A DNA stretch of 64,000 bases from Vulcanimicrobiota bacterium (GTDB lineage: Bacteria; Vulcanimicrobiota; Vulcanimicrobiia; Eremiobacterales; Eremiobacteraceae). The translations under genes were made by a program, and so were the position numbers. The DNA lies in contig CAWETU010000001.1 in NCBI GenBank assembly GCA_963812135.1, positions 736,001-800,000 of the forward strand, in the 5' to 3' direction. Below are positions 9,380-18,898 of this stretch, piece after piece. Each line of letters opens with the position of its first letter. Position 1 is the first letter of the stretch. The notes beneath the pieces were generated by a model, which did no database searches, had not been told where the DNA came from, and was given only the letters and a program-made list of their open reading frames with translations.

Positions 9380-11656
9380 TCACGGAATCGGTGCCGTGAT
9401 CTGCGCGGTGAATTGGAAACCGCGCGCGTATTGCGTCGTGTTGAACCCGTTGTTGAGTTTGATCAGGTACTGGTTGTTCGTGATATTCGTGGCCTGCAGT
9501 TGATAGCCGAAGCGACCCGGCGCTGCGAGACGGCCGACCGACGCATTGAGCTCCCAGTGCGCGGGCAACCGGCCAGGTCCGTTTTCGAACTGGACCGGGA
9601 AGCCGCTGCCGTAAATCGTCTGGAGACTCGCGTACATCGACCGGTCGGGTGAGAAGCGCCACGTGTATCCGGTGTTGAGCGTGTTGGTTTGATCATGATC
9701 CTCTGGCGCATATCCGTTCGCGCCTTGCAGCTGATCCGGCGAGAACAAGAACGTGCCGCCCGAGATGCCGGATGCGACTGATTGCGACAATCCGTACGAG
9801 ACGAAGTACGTATTGCCGTTGTCCTGCGTGCCCGTCACGCTCAGCTCGATTCCCTGAGCCCGGCCGGCGGTAGAGTTGAAGATCGTGAAGATCGGCGTCG
9901 AGCCGATCTGCGTCGTGTCGAGCACGTTGGCGACCGCACGCGCCCAGTAGTTCACGTACCACTTCGACCGCGGGTCGATTTGATGGGAAAAGCCGAACTC
10001 GTAGATCGAGTCGGTCTCGGGCTTGAGATCGTATACCGGCAAGCCTGAACCCCCGCTGACCACTACCGCGGAACGTCGCGTGTCTTCGAGCGCGGGCGCG
10101 GCATAAAGCCGCCCGTAGTACGCGTGGACGACGTCTTTAGGGTTGAGCGTCTGATAGTCGAGCTCGATGCGCGGGCTCACCTGATTGCCATCGGTGAAAC
10201 CGGTCGAGCGGTCGTAGCGCAGGCCGACATTGGCGGTGAAGGCCGATGACAAGATGCGCTTATCCTCGGCATAGATGCCGAAGTTCGTGCCGTTCTGCGA
10301 TACGTTGTCGTCGAAGCGCTGCAACGTCATGCTCGAGTCGATGAATTGGATGTTGAAGAGGCTCGTGAAGTTCTCGGTATAGGCCGTGAAGCCCATCTTG
10401 ACGTTGTCGCGCGGGTCGGTGCGGAACCACGTCGTCGTCAGGCCGTAATACGTCCCAACGCGGTCTTGGAACGTCGACGTCGCCGCGGTGCCGGCGAGAT
10501 CGTTGGGCGGATCGGGGAAGTACCTTACTTGGCCGCGGTTGTACCACGGCGCGATCTCAAGATAGCCTTGGCCGTCGCCGCTGAGCCGGTTGAAGATGAG
10601 GTTCGCGTATTGGCCGTTCTCATACTGATTGTCGTCAGTTCCGGGCGGCACGAAGCTCGGGCTGGCCGGGTTCGTGTCGATCGGGATCTGGAACGTGGCG
10701 AACAGGTTCGAGAAATGCAGCGCCCATGAGTCGCGCTTGTCAGGGTCGTACGTCAGCCGCAAGAATTCGTTCGATTGGCTCGCGGCGTCGTGTACCGGGT
10801 TGATCGTCGGCGTGTCCAGCCCGCGATCGGAACGCGTGAGGCCGAGCGAGACATAGCCCTTGAACGCATCGCCGCCAAAGGATTCGCTCAGCTGCCCCTG
10901 GGCGGACGCATAGTTCCCGCCGGTCAACACGATGTCGCCGCCGTTTCCGGACGGGCGCCTGGTGATGATGTTCACGACGCCGCCCTGGCGGCTGCCGCCG
11001 AACTCGGCTGGGAACGAGCCCGTGTAGACCTCGAGCGAACCGATGTCGCGGGGATCGAGGACCTCGGCGAACGACGATGAGGTCGTCTGCGGAACGGGCA
11101 CGCCGTCGATCTGATAGGCCACGCCGTGAAAACCGCGCACGACAGGCTCATCGTACGAGAAGGGCACGACGCCTGGCACCGTCGCCGTGACGTTGGCGAG
11201 TTTGAAATTGCTCGGCAGCGTCCGCACGAACGACGGCGTGAGGACGGCGACGCTTACCGGATGTCCAGCCTTGGCGACGGTGACGACACTCCCGAGCGTT
11301 TTCTTCGTGAGATGGAAATCGAGCACCGTGGAGCTGCCGGTGCTTACGGTCACCACGCCGCTTTGCGTGCCCAGAGCAGGCGCGCTTGCCGTGACGGTGT
11401 ACGTGTCGAACACGACGCGAGCGAACACGTAGCGTCCGTCGCTGCGCGTGACGGTATGGTCGGTCGTGCCTTCGCCGCTCTTGATGATCACCGTCGCATT
11501 CGCGACAGGCTTATCGTTGTCGTCGAAGACCGTGCCTTGGATCGCTCCATACGTGCTGGCGGCAGCGGGAGTTCCCACACACAGCAGCGCCGGGATGATG
11601 AGAAGAGAGAGCGCGACAAGCGCGCGCGCACGCGAATAAACAGAAAGAATACGCAA
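9380..11656 (-). CDS. TonB-dependent receptor with N-terminal carboxypeptidase-regulatory-like domain
   Basis: Signal peptide; plug motifs YQIDGVPV and FPAEFGG..GGVVNIITR; GLRYD; NITNNQY. TTG 11656 follows GGAGG (ORF track starts at 11671). Confidence 0.88.
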   Translation of the reverse strand: MRILSVYSRARALVALSLLIIPALLCVGTPAAASTYGAIQGTVFDDNDKPVANATVIIKSGEGTTDHTVTRSDGRYVFARVVFDTYTVTASAPALGTQSGVVTVSTGSSTVLDFHLTKKTLGSVVTVAKAGHPVSVAVLTPSFVRTLPSNFKLANVTATVPGVVPFSYDEPVVRGFHGVAYQIDGVPVPQTTSSSFAEVLDPRDIGSLEVYTGSFPAEFGGSRQGGVVNIITRRPSGNGGDIVLTGGNYASAQGQLSESFGGDAFKGYVSLGLTRSDRGLDTPTINPVHDAASQSNEFLRLTYDPDKRDSWALHFSNLFATFQIPIDTNPASPSFVPPGTDDNQYENGQYANLIFNRLSGDGQGYLEIAPWYNRGQVRYFPDPPNDLAGTAATSTFQDRVGTYYGLTTTWFRTDPRDNVKMGFTAYTENFTSLFNIQFIDSSMTLQRFDDNVSQNGTNFGIYAEDKRILSSAFTANVGLRYDRSTGFTDGNQVSPRIELDYQTLNPKDVVHAYYGRLYAAPALEDTRRSAVVVSGGSGLPVYDLKPETDSIYEFGFSHQIDPRSKWYVNYWARAVANVLDTTQIGSTPIFTIFNSTAGRAQGIELSVTGTQDNGNTYFVSYGLSQSVASGISGGTFLFSPDQLQGANGYAPEDHDQTNTLNTGYTWRFSPDRSMYASLQTIYGSGFPVQFENGPGRLPAHWELNASVGRLAAPGRFGYQLQATNITNNQYLIKLNNGFNTTQYARGFQFTAQITAPIP

Positions 11657-11713
11657 GGAAATGGCCTCCACAAGGGTGTGGCGGCCAAAGGGCGGGATGC
11701 CGGTTTTGGCCGC

Positions 11714-12386
11714 CTATGCTACAAGGGCAGCGAACACCGGAGGAGGACGGCTGGCGATGTGGCGCGCCAGTAGGGGCGGAGCGGGCGACGCTGCGGCAAG
11801 CGCGAGCGTGCGCAACTGCGGCGCGCAGTGCGGGCGGACCGGTTGCGACAGCCGGTCGATCGCGACCAGCACGAAGCGCGCGATGGCGGCGACGCTTTCA
11901 CACGCCGCACGCGCGAAGGCGCGCAGCGCGAGCGCGAGCGTCGCGCCGATGATGATGTGGACGAACGGGGCGCTGAAGTGGCCGGGTCCGAAAATCGCGC
12001 CCGAGCCCAAAACCGCCGTACGAAGAAAGCGCTTGTTCAGACAGCTCTCCGACGACGAGCGACATGAGCTGTAAACCGACGACCGTCGCGATCAGACGGC
12101 TGGGCGAAATCTCCCGCACTGCATCGAGCGCCGGCAACAGCCACTCGGCATCCTGGAACTTGTCGCGGGCGCTTTCGATCACGCCACGCGCGATGAGATA
12201 ACCGGCGATGAGCAGCAGGCCTAGTGCAAGGTAGGCAAAGGGCGACTGCAGCGAGTGGGTGTAATGCGCGGGGACGCCGCCGAAGAGATGCGCGTTTTCG
12301 ATGTTCAACTGCGTAGCATGGCCGAGCAGGGAGGCGCTCAACGCAACCGCCCCGACGAGCAACCAGCACACGTCCCTTCGAGCCAT
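11714..12386 (-). CDS. Multi-pass membrane leader protein ending in RPPP, apparent +1 frameshift at ~12000-12002
   Basis: ORFs 11898..12386 and 11714..12010 join into ~223 aa if one G of ctcGGGcgcg is removed; His-containing loops; ends HIASRPPPVFAALVA; same architecture as 16589..17227. Confidence 0.65.
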
Positions 12387-12477
12387 CTTGATGAATACGG
12401 CCCGTTCAACCGCTGGACCTTTGCCGCAGCGCGGAAACGGGTTCAGGTGATTCTCAGATTGCCACGTCCAAGCGCGC

Positions 12478-13116
12478 CTACGCGCCCGCTTTATGCGCGG
12501 CCGCCAGCAACTGTGATTCCGGCATCTCGCCGCTGCCGGCGAACGTGATCGTCCCCTTGGCGTTCACGATGTAGATCGTCGGAAAGCCGTTGAGCCCCCA
12601 CGCTTGCGCGACCTTGAGATCGGCATCGAACGCCGACGGCCACGTGACGTTGAAGTACTTGTCGAACGAGTCGACGTCCGTCTGATTCTCCGGGATCGGA
12701 TTGCCCTGCGTCGAGCCCGCGGCGTACGGCGATCCCGTCACGGAAAGCATGCCGAAGCGCGACTCCGGCAGCTTGGCGCGCAGCGATCGCAAGACTCCGG
12801 TCATGCGCTGGCAATGCGGGCACCACGTCGCGAACAGTTCGAGCATGTACGGCTTGCCGGCAAACGTCGCGTTGGTGATCGGACCGAGCATCGTCTGCAC
12901 GGAGAAGGGCGGCGCCTGCTGGCCGGCTTTGTGCGGGGGCGGCACCGACGGGATCGCGTTGGGCGCGACGGCTGCGCTCGGCAGTTTGTGCATCTGGGTC
13001 CATGCGTAGACGACGATCGCCACCACGACGAGGACGCCGACGATCAGCGATACAATGGTGCCGGGCGCCGGTCCAGATCGCGCGCCGGAAGGTCGTGACG
13101 GTTGTCTCGCGCTCAA
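12478..13116 (-). CDS. TlpA/ResA-family thiol-disulfide oxidoreductase, membrane anchored
   Basis: N-terminal TM; FATWCPHC; GFPT cis-Pro motif. Confidence 0.88.
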   Translation of the reverse strand: MSARQPSRPSGARSGPAPGTIVSLIVGVLVVVAIVVYAWTQMHKLPSAAVAPNAIPSVPPPHKAGQQAPPFSVQTMLGPITNATFAGKPYMLELFATWCPHCQRMTGVLRSLRAKLPESRFGMLSVTGSPYAAGSTQGNPIPENQTDVDSFDKYFNVTWPSAFDADLKVAQAWGLNGFPTIYIVNAKGTITFAGSGEMPESQLLAAAHKAGA

Positions 13117-13536
13117 TTCTTACCTCTTGCCGCTCGCATCATCGTCGGCTTGGTGTTCCTCGCCGCCGGTGTTTTGAAAGTGGGTCACGCGCCGGATCTC
13201 GGTTCCACCATCGTCGCGTTCCGGCTCGACTTGCCGCCCGCGTTCGTCGGTTTCGCGGCCATCGCTTTGCCGCTGTTTGAAATCGTGCTAGGCGTCTACC
13301 TGCTGCTCGGCTGGCAGCTGCGCATCGTCTCGATCGCGGCTTTCATCGTCTTGTTGATCTTCATCGCCGCGCTTGCCTCGGTCGTGATGCGCGGCATCCC
13401 GACCCCGTGCGGCTGCTTCGGGCCGGCCGAAACGGATCCGGTCACATGGTGGACGATCGCGCGCGATGGCGCCGCCATCATCCCGGCGGCTTATCTGGTG
13501 TGGTGGTCATGGCGCCGTGCGCCCGCGACGCCGTGA
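13102..13536 (+). CDS. MauE/DoxX-family membrane protein
   Basis: RIIVGLVFLAAGVLK, LPLFEIVLG, PCGCFG, TIARD; four TM segments. Confidence 0.85.
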   Translation: MSRAQFLPLAARIIVGLVFLAAGVLKVGHAPDLGSTIVAFRLDLPPAFVGFAAIALPLFEIVLGVYLLLGWQLRIVSIAAFIVLLIFIAALASVVMRGIPTPCGCFGPAETDPVTWWTIARDGAAIIPAAYLVWWSWRRAPATP

Positions 13537-13566
13537 CCATCCCAATGAGAACGATTGAGCTTAGCG

Positions 13567-14025
13567 CTATTTGACCATGTTCATGACGTCTGGGCCGATG
13601 CCGTGCACTTCGACGACCGTCTCGCCTTTGCACATCGCATAGTGATGCAATCCGGCGGGCAGCTCGACGAATGCGCCAGCAGGTAGCGTCACCATCTTCG
13701 CTGGATCCATCTTGTCGCCGATGCCGGCCATGAACGTGCCGCTCAGCACGGTGACCTGCTCAGATTGCGGATGCGAGTGCGGCGGGAACTTGAAGCCATC
13801 CTCGCATTTGTAGCGCGCGGCGTACTGGCCACCCGATTTAGTCGGATCGCCGAAGAGCACTGCGTACGAAACACCGGTCATCCCCTTGACGGGCTGCCAG
13901 TTCACGGCGCCCGGTTGGACGATGATGGGCGCCATAGGATTGGGCATGGCGATGGAGCTCGACGCGAGTCCGACGGCCGCCACCGCGAACACGACCGCAA
14001 ACGCGAGAACCTTACCCTTGTGCAT
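13567..14025 (-). CDS. Exported cupin-domain protein
   Basis: Signal peptide; PPHSHPQSEQVTVLSG and LPAGLHH cupin motifs; Met-rich. Confidence 0.85.
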   Translation of the reverse strand: MHKGKVLAFAVVFAVAAVGLASSSIAMPNPMAPIIVQPGAVNWQPVKGMTGVSYAVLFGDPTKSGGQYAARYKCEDGFKFPPHSHPQSEQVTVLSGTFMAGIGDKMDPAKMVTLPAGAFVELPAGLHHYAMCKGETVVEVHGIGPDVMNMVK

Positions 14026-14113
14026 GAGACCTCCTCACAAGCGCGGGTTAGATGTTCGGGCGGCATCTTGCACGTCGCTCGCAAGGCTACCCATTCGCGC
14101 CGGGACATCAAGT

Positions 14114-16502
14114 TCACTGGCCCGTGCCTAGCTTGATGCCAACATAGAAACGCACGGCCCGGCGCGTAATGGTTGCCCTGCGCGTTGAAGTACGTGATCC
14201 AGTACTGATGGTTGAGAAGGTTGTTGACGCGCACCCACGCCTGCGCGTTGGGCCCGATCGAGAAGCCTTTCTCCGCCGAGAAGATCGTGTGCGGGGTGTA
14301 CTTGCAAAAGCCCGGGGTGTCCGGCGGACAGGCCGCCGACGAAAGTCCGCTGCCGTACTCCTCGTCCATCGAGAACCAACCGCCGCGCGTGTCGTTGAAC
14401 ACGACGCCCGACGTCGCGCCATAACGCTGCTCGTGGTCTGCCGGCGTCCAATCGGTCGGTGACCCGAAGCACGGCGCGAGCAATTGCGTCTCGCAACCCT
14501 TGTTGACCGAATACGTGTGGTTGAAGCTCACGTAGAACCGGCCGTTATGGACGAGATTCTGCTGATAGTACGCGGTCTGCGTCGCGATGCGCCCGAGCGT
14601 ATAGTTGATGTCCTGGTGCAGCAGCGTGACGCCGACCTGCGTGTCGTCGATGAGATCCGTCGCGTTTTTCTGCATGATGCGCAGTCCTAGATCGCCGGGC
14701 CCGAGCGGCAGATGCCCGCCGATCTCGTAATCCGAATCGCGCTGCGGCTTGAGATCGAATTGCGCGATCGTCGGCTGCAGCGGCAGATTGAGCAAGAATG
14801 CGGCTCCCGGCGAGACGTTCTCGAATGAGAACGGCGTGAAGAACCGACCGTAGTACACGTACGCGCTTGCCCGTGGCGAGAAATACCGCGTGAACTTCAC
14901 GCGCGGGCTGAACTGCGTGAATCCCTGGTCGAACTGCGTCGAGAAGACCTGGAACGCGGTCCATCGCACGCCGTAGTCCAGCTCGTAGGCCGAGCCCATC
15001 AGCCAGCTGTCTTGGATGTATGCGACCTCGATGTGGCCGACGTTGGGCGAGTTATCGATCACCGGAAACGAGGCGAGCGGCGTCGATGGTGCGAGCAACG
15101 GCGCCAAATAGTTGCCCGGTTGCAGTGTGATGTCGTAGTACTTGGGCACGTTGGACATGTCGTACGACGCCCCCCAACGGATCGCGTGGACGCGGCTGCT
15201 CAACGCGTAGTCGAAGTTCAACAGGTAGTCGTTCGACGTGCGGTGATCGGCTAACGTGTTGGCGCACGTCACGTTGCTATAGTTCGGGATGGTGAGCGCG
15301 TTAAAGCAATCCGTCGGCATCCCGCCGTTGGCGGCGTTGAGCGCGAAGCCGTAGATCCAATCGTTGAGCGGATCGCCGAAGTCGCGGATCTGCGAGCGCC
15401 GATAGCCGCCGCCGAACGACATCGCGCCGTGGTCGCCGATCGCCTGCCGGAACTGGAGCGCGGCGAACGTATCGTCTTGGGTCTCGTTATCGTCCGAGCT
15501 CGCCGGCTGTCCGTCGTCGGTGGCCACCGGGATCTGGAACGTGCGATACGAGTGCGACAGCGTGAGATTCACGAAATTGCTGCCGCCGTTCCCATAAGGC
15601 AGCGTGTAGCGCACGAACTGATTGGCGTCACTCGCCTGGTTGTGCAACGATACGGCTTGGGGAGGATCCAGACCGCGCCCCGTGCTGCCGTTTTGGACTG
15701 CAAGCACGACCGAGCCATTGCCCACGCGATCGTGATAACCGAGCGTGCCGTCGAACGTGGAGAACGAACCCCCGTCAGCCTCGAACGTCGCACCCGGTCG
15801 CTCAACGTGGATGCCGGTTCGCGTGCTGATGTTGAGCACGGTGGCGAAGCGCTCGCCGTATTGCGCGGGATACGCGCCTTGGATCACGTCGACGAAGGCC
15901 GCATCGCCCGGGTTGAACTCGGAGCCGACGACACGATTGAGCGCTTGCGGCAGCGCGAGACCGTCAACGATATAGTTGATGTCGCCGTGATCGCCGTTGA
16001 TGTGCACGACGCCGTTGGCGCCGCGCGCTGCGCCTGGAAGCTGGATGAGCATTTCCGGAAAGCTGCCGCTAGCCGGCGTGCGCTCGAGGACAGTCGAGTT
16101 GAGGACCAGATCTGTGCCCGATCCGCGGATCGGCGCGCTGCGCACAGCGGACGCGGTGACGCTGCCGATCGTCTTGACGCTGATCTGGAGCGTGACGTCG
16201 GCGCCGCTCGCGGGCAGATCTACGGCGAGCGTGCCGCTGCCGCCGCTCGACGTGGCGATCAACGTGTACGAGCCAGGCGAGAGCGAGCCGAAACGGAAAC
16301 GACCTTCGGACGTCGTGCGAGCGGTCTGGACCACGTTGTTGCCTGTGGCCGTGACCGTCGCGTTCGCGACCGGCTTGCCGCTGCTCAAAACGGTGCCCGT
16401 CAGATACGCATTTGCCGCCATGCTCGGCAGCGGCGCCACGAGCGCGAGCACGATGGCGACAAACGATAGCGCCCGCACTGCGCGGGAAATAACCATGAAC
16501 AT
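14114..16502 (-). CDS. TonB-dependent receptor, apparent +1 frameshift at ~14148-14150
   Basis: Signal peptide; YIVDGL, YPAQYGER, NNLLNHQY. Removing one T of gcgTTTctat gives the beta-strand C-terminus GRAFYVGIKLGTGQ* at 14114 and removes the overlap with the cupin gene. Confidence 0.88.
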
Positions 16503-16508
16503 TTGAAT

Positions 16509-16606
16509 TCCCTCTCGACAGATTAGATGTAACGGTCGAGTTTAATCGACCGAACGAGTGTAGCGGTCGAATTTATCGACCGGCACGCTCAAGCTATCGA
16601 GAGGGA
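16509..16606 (-). promoter_or_regulatory. Predicted SD-sequestering stem between RPPP leader and TonB receptor
   Basis: mRNA arm UCCCUCUCGAUAG (16606-16594) pairs 13/13 (one G-U) with CUGUCGAGAGGGA (16521-16509), which contains the SD. Confidence 0.7.
16529..16582. repeat. Two tandem GTAG-type REP-like palindromes
   Basis: GTAACGGTCGA-gtttaa-TCGACCG and GTAGCGGTCGA-attta-TCGACCG; third copy at 50568. Confidence 0.65.
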
Positions 16607-17227
16607 CGGAGGCGGGCGGTTGTAGAGCTGGCTGAACCAGATGAAATGCGGCAGGCCGAGCGGCGAGCGATCGCGCGATGCGACCAGCGCTGCGCCACGC
16701 GGCGTTGGCGTGACGAAGAAGGCGGCGATGGCGGCGGCGATCGAGGGAAGTCTGCGTCCGATCGCCCACGACGCGAGCCCCATGAAGATGACGGTCAGCG
16801 CCGCGCCGATAATGCCTGCGGCGATGTCGTGTCCGCAGAAGGGGCAACCTTCGCCGATCTGCGTCAGCAGCCCCAACGAAAGCTGCAGCCCCGCGGTGAG
16901 CGCGAAGAACGGACCGCGGCCGCGAAACGGCAGCGTCTCAAGACCGAGGTGCAGCTCACGTTTGAAATCTCTGCCGCCCGCGGATCTGCGCCACAGCGCG
17001 AGTGTCTGATGAAGGGCGACGCCGAACGCGAGCAGCCCCCCGATTCCCAGGTAGAGATGCTTTGGCGAGAGCGCGACGCTGTCTGCGTCGCTGCCCATCG
17101 CGAAAAACTCAGAAGCCAGGTGCGCGACGATGCTGCCGAGCACGACCAGTGCCAAATAGATCGGCACGAGTTGGTGTGGCGTGGAAGCCCGAGGTCGCAT
17201 ACTCAATATATCGTCAGCCGGCAACAT
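16589..17227 (-). CDS. Multi-pass membrane leader protein with CXXC-x-H and C-terminal RPPP (CruR/DUF2946-like logic)
   Basis: ~4 hydrophobic segments, EGCPFCGHD, ends LYNRPPPSLSIA; start may be ATG 17200. Confidence 0.7.
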   Translation of the reverse strand: MLPADDILSMRPRASTPHQLVPIYLALVVLGSIVAHLASEFFAMGSDADSVALSPKHLYLGIGGLLAFGVALHQTLALWRRSAGGRDFKRELHLGLETLPFRGRGPFFALTAGLQLSLGLLTQIGEGCPFCGHDIAAGIIGAALTVIFMGLASWAIGRRLPSIAAAIAAFFVTPTPRGAALVASRDRSPLGLPHFIWFSQLYNRPPPSLSIA

Positions 17228-17240
17228 TTCTTGTGCCTGG

Positions 17241-17265
17241 CTTATTGAGAATCAATCGCAATAAG
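17241..17265. promoter_or_regulatory. Second Fur/Zur-family operator
   Basis: CTTATTGAGAATCAATCGCAATAAG matches the 4830 box at 20/25 positions; directly upstream of the minus-strand leader/TBDR unit. Confidence 0.8.
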
Positions 17266-17295
17266 TCCTGCCGGCTTCTCGCTCCGAAGGTACGA

Positions 17296-18099
17296 CTACT
17301 TGGCGGGCCTCGGCGTTTCAGCTGCGGCGCCGAGCAGGCCCGGTTCCAGCCACATCCCGCCGTCTGCGACGAGGACCGCGCCGTTGACGTACGACGCGTC
17401 GTCGGAGAGCAAAAACGCCGCGGCAAGCGCCACTTCTTCGGGCGTCTCGAGGCGGCCGAGAGGCACCCGGCTTGCGATGCGGTTGCGGATCTCTTCCGTC
17501 GGAAAAAGTTTTTCGGCTGAACCCGGCGTGTTGACGACTCCAGGGCACAGCGCGTTCGTGCGGATGCCGTAACGACCCCACTCGACCGCCAGCGTTTGCG
17601 TCAGCGACACAACGCCTGCTTTTGCGGCGGCGGAATGGATCGTGCCCGGTCCGCCGGTCCACGCATAACTAGCGACGATGTTGAGGATGGAACCGCCGCG
17701 CCCCGCCGCGATCATCGCTTTGCCGGCCGCGCGCGCGCAATAAAACGTGCCGTTGAGCACGATGTTGATCACCGCATTCCAGCCATTGGGCGAGAGCTCT
17801 TCCGCGCGCACGATGAAGTTGCCGGCCGCGTTGTTGACAAGCGCGTCGATGCGGCCGTATTTGGCGACGACGCCGTCGACGAGCACTTGCACCTGATCCG
17901 GCACGCGCACGTCGGTCTGCGCCGACTCGGCGTCACCGCCTGCGGCGCGGATGCCGTCCACGGTTTCGGCGAGCGGTTCCGGGCGCCGGCCCGCGACGAC
18001 GATGCGTCCGCCAAGTCGCGCCAAGTGTTCTGCCATCGCGCGGCCCAAACCGGTCCCGCCGCCGGTGATGACAATCGTCTTGTCCTTGAAGTCAGGCAT
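17296..18099 (-). CDS. SDR oxidoreductase, 2,4-dienoyl-CoA reductase-like
   Basis: TGGGTGLG, NNAAGNF, HSAAAKAGV. Confidence 0.85.
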   Translation of the reverse strand: MPDFKDKTIVITGGGTGLGRAMAEHLARLGGRIVVAGRRPEPLAETVDGIRAAGGDAESAQTDVRVPDQVQVLVDGVVAKYGRIDALVNNAAGNFIVRAEELSPNGWNAVINIVLNGTFYCARAAGKAMIAAGRGGSILNIVASYAWTGGPGTIHSAAAKAGVVSLTQTLAVEWGRYGIRTNALCPGVVNTPGSAEKLFPTEEIRNRIASRVPLGRLETPEEVALAAAFLLSDDASYVNGAVLVADGGMWLEPGLLGAAAETPRPAK

Positions 18100-18157
18100 G
18101 GCGCGCCATTTGACGAAAGCGGGTGAAATCATGGCGCCTACCAAAAGTGGCGCGTGC

Positions 18158-18898
18158 ATGGACATCGCTGCGCCCAAGCGATACGTGAGCGGAGAGCGCG
18201 TCGCGCTCTTTTTACCATGTTATGGAGATCTGATCTATCCAGACGTCGGCCGGGCAATGGTCACGTTGTTCGCGCGTCTCGGCGTGCCGCTGGACTATCC
18301 GCTCGAGCAGACCTGTTGCGGACAACCGGCGTTCAACGCCGGACATTGGGATCAGGCTCGCACGGTCGCGCACCACTTCGCGCAGGTCTTCGGCGGCTAC
18401 GACTGGATCGTCGTGCCCTCCGGATCGTGTGCGGCGATGTGCAAGGTGTTCTACCCCTCGCTCGATCCTGCGCTGGCTGAGATCGGTGCACGCGTGTGGG
18501 AGCTGTCGACGTTCTTGGTGGATGCGCTTGGCACGATCGATGTCGGCGCGCGCTTTCCGTATTCGGTCGCGTATCACGATGGCTGCCATGCGCGCCGCGA
18601 ACTGAAAGTCGGCGACGCTCCGTTGCGGTTGCTGCGCGCGGTCAAAGATGCCCGCGTGCTCGACTTGCCGGCGCAAGACGAGTGCTGCGGATTCGGCGGT
18701 CTCTTCAGCGTCAAGTTCGACGAGCTGTCGGCCTCGATGGGCGAGCGCAAGTGCGCGAACGTCCGCGCCAGCGGCGCCGAGGTGCTCGTCTCGGCAGATT
18801 CGAGCTGCCTCATGCAGATCGGCGGCTTGCTGGCACGCGATCCAGCGACGCGCACCATGCGCACCATGCACCTGGCGCAAGTGTTGGCTTCGACGTGA
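18158..18898 (+). CDS. lutA: Lactate utilization protein A (CCG domains)
   Basis: QTCCGQPAFNAG, PSGSCAAM, YHDGCH, ECCGFGGLF, DSSCLMQI. Confidence 0.9.
   Translation: MDIAAPKRYVSGERVALFLPCYGDLIYPDVGRAMVTLFARLGVPLDYPLEQTCCGQPAFNAGHWDQARTVAHHFAQVFGGYDWIVVPSGSCAAMCKVFYPSLDPALAEIGARVWELSTFLVDALGTIDVGARFPYSVAYHDGCHARRELKVGDAPLRLLRAVKDARVLDLPAQDECCGFGGLFSVKFDELSASMGERKCANVRASGAEVLVSADSSCLMQIGGLLARDPATRTMRTMHLAQVLAST

Noticed and set aside
13902..14113. C-terminal extension of the TonB receptor overlapping the cupin gene
   Set aside because: Result of the +1 frameshift at ~14149; a proper beta-strand terminus exists in the adjacent frame
16529..16582. Possible mini-CRISPR array
   Set aside because: Only two palindromic units with a 7-nt gap and no cas genes; fits REP-like repeats
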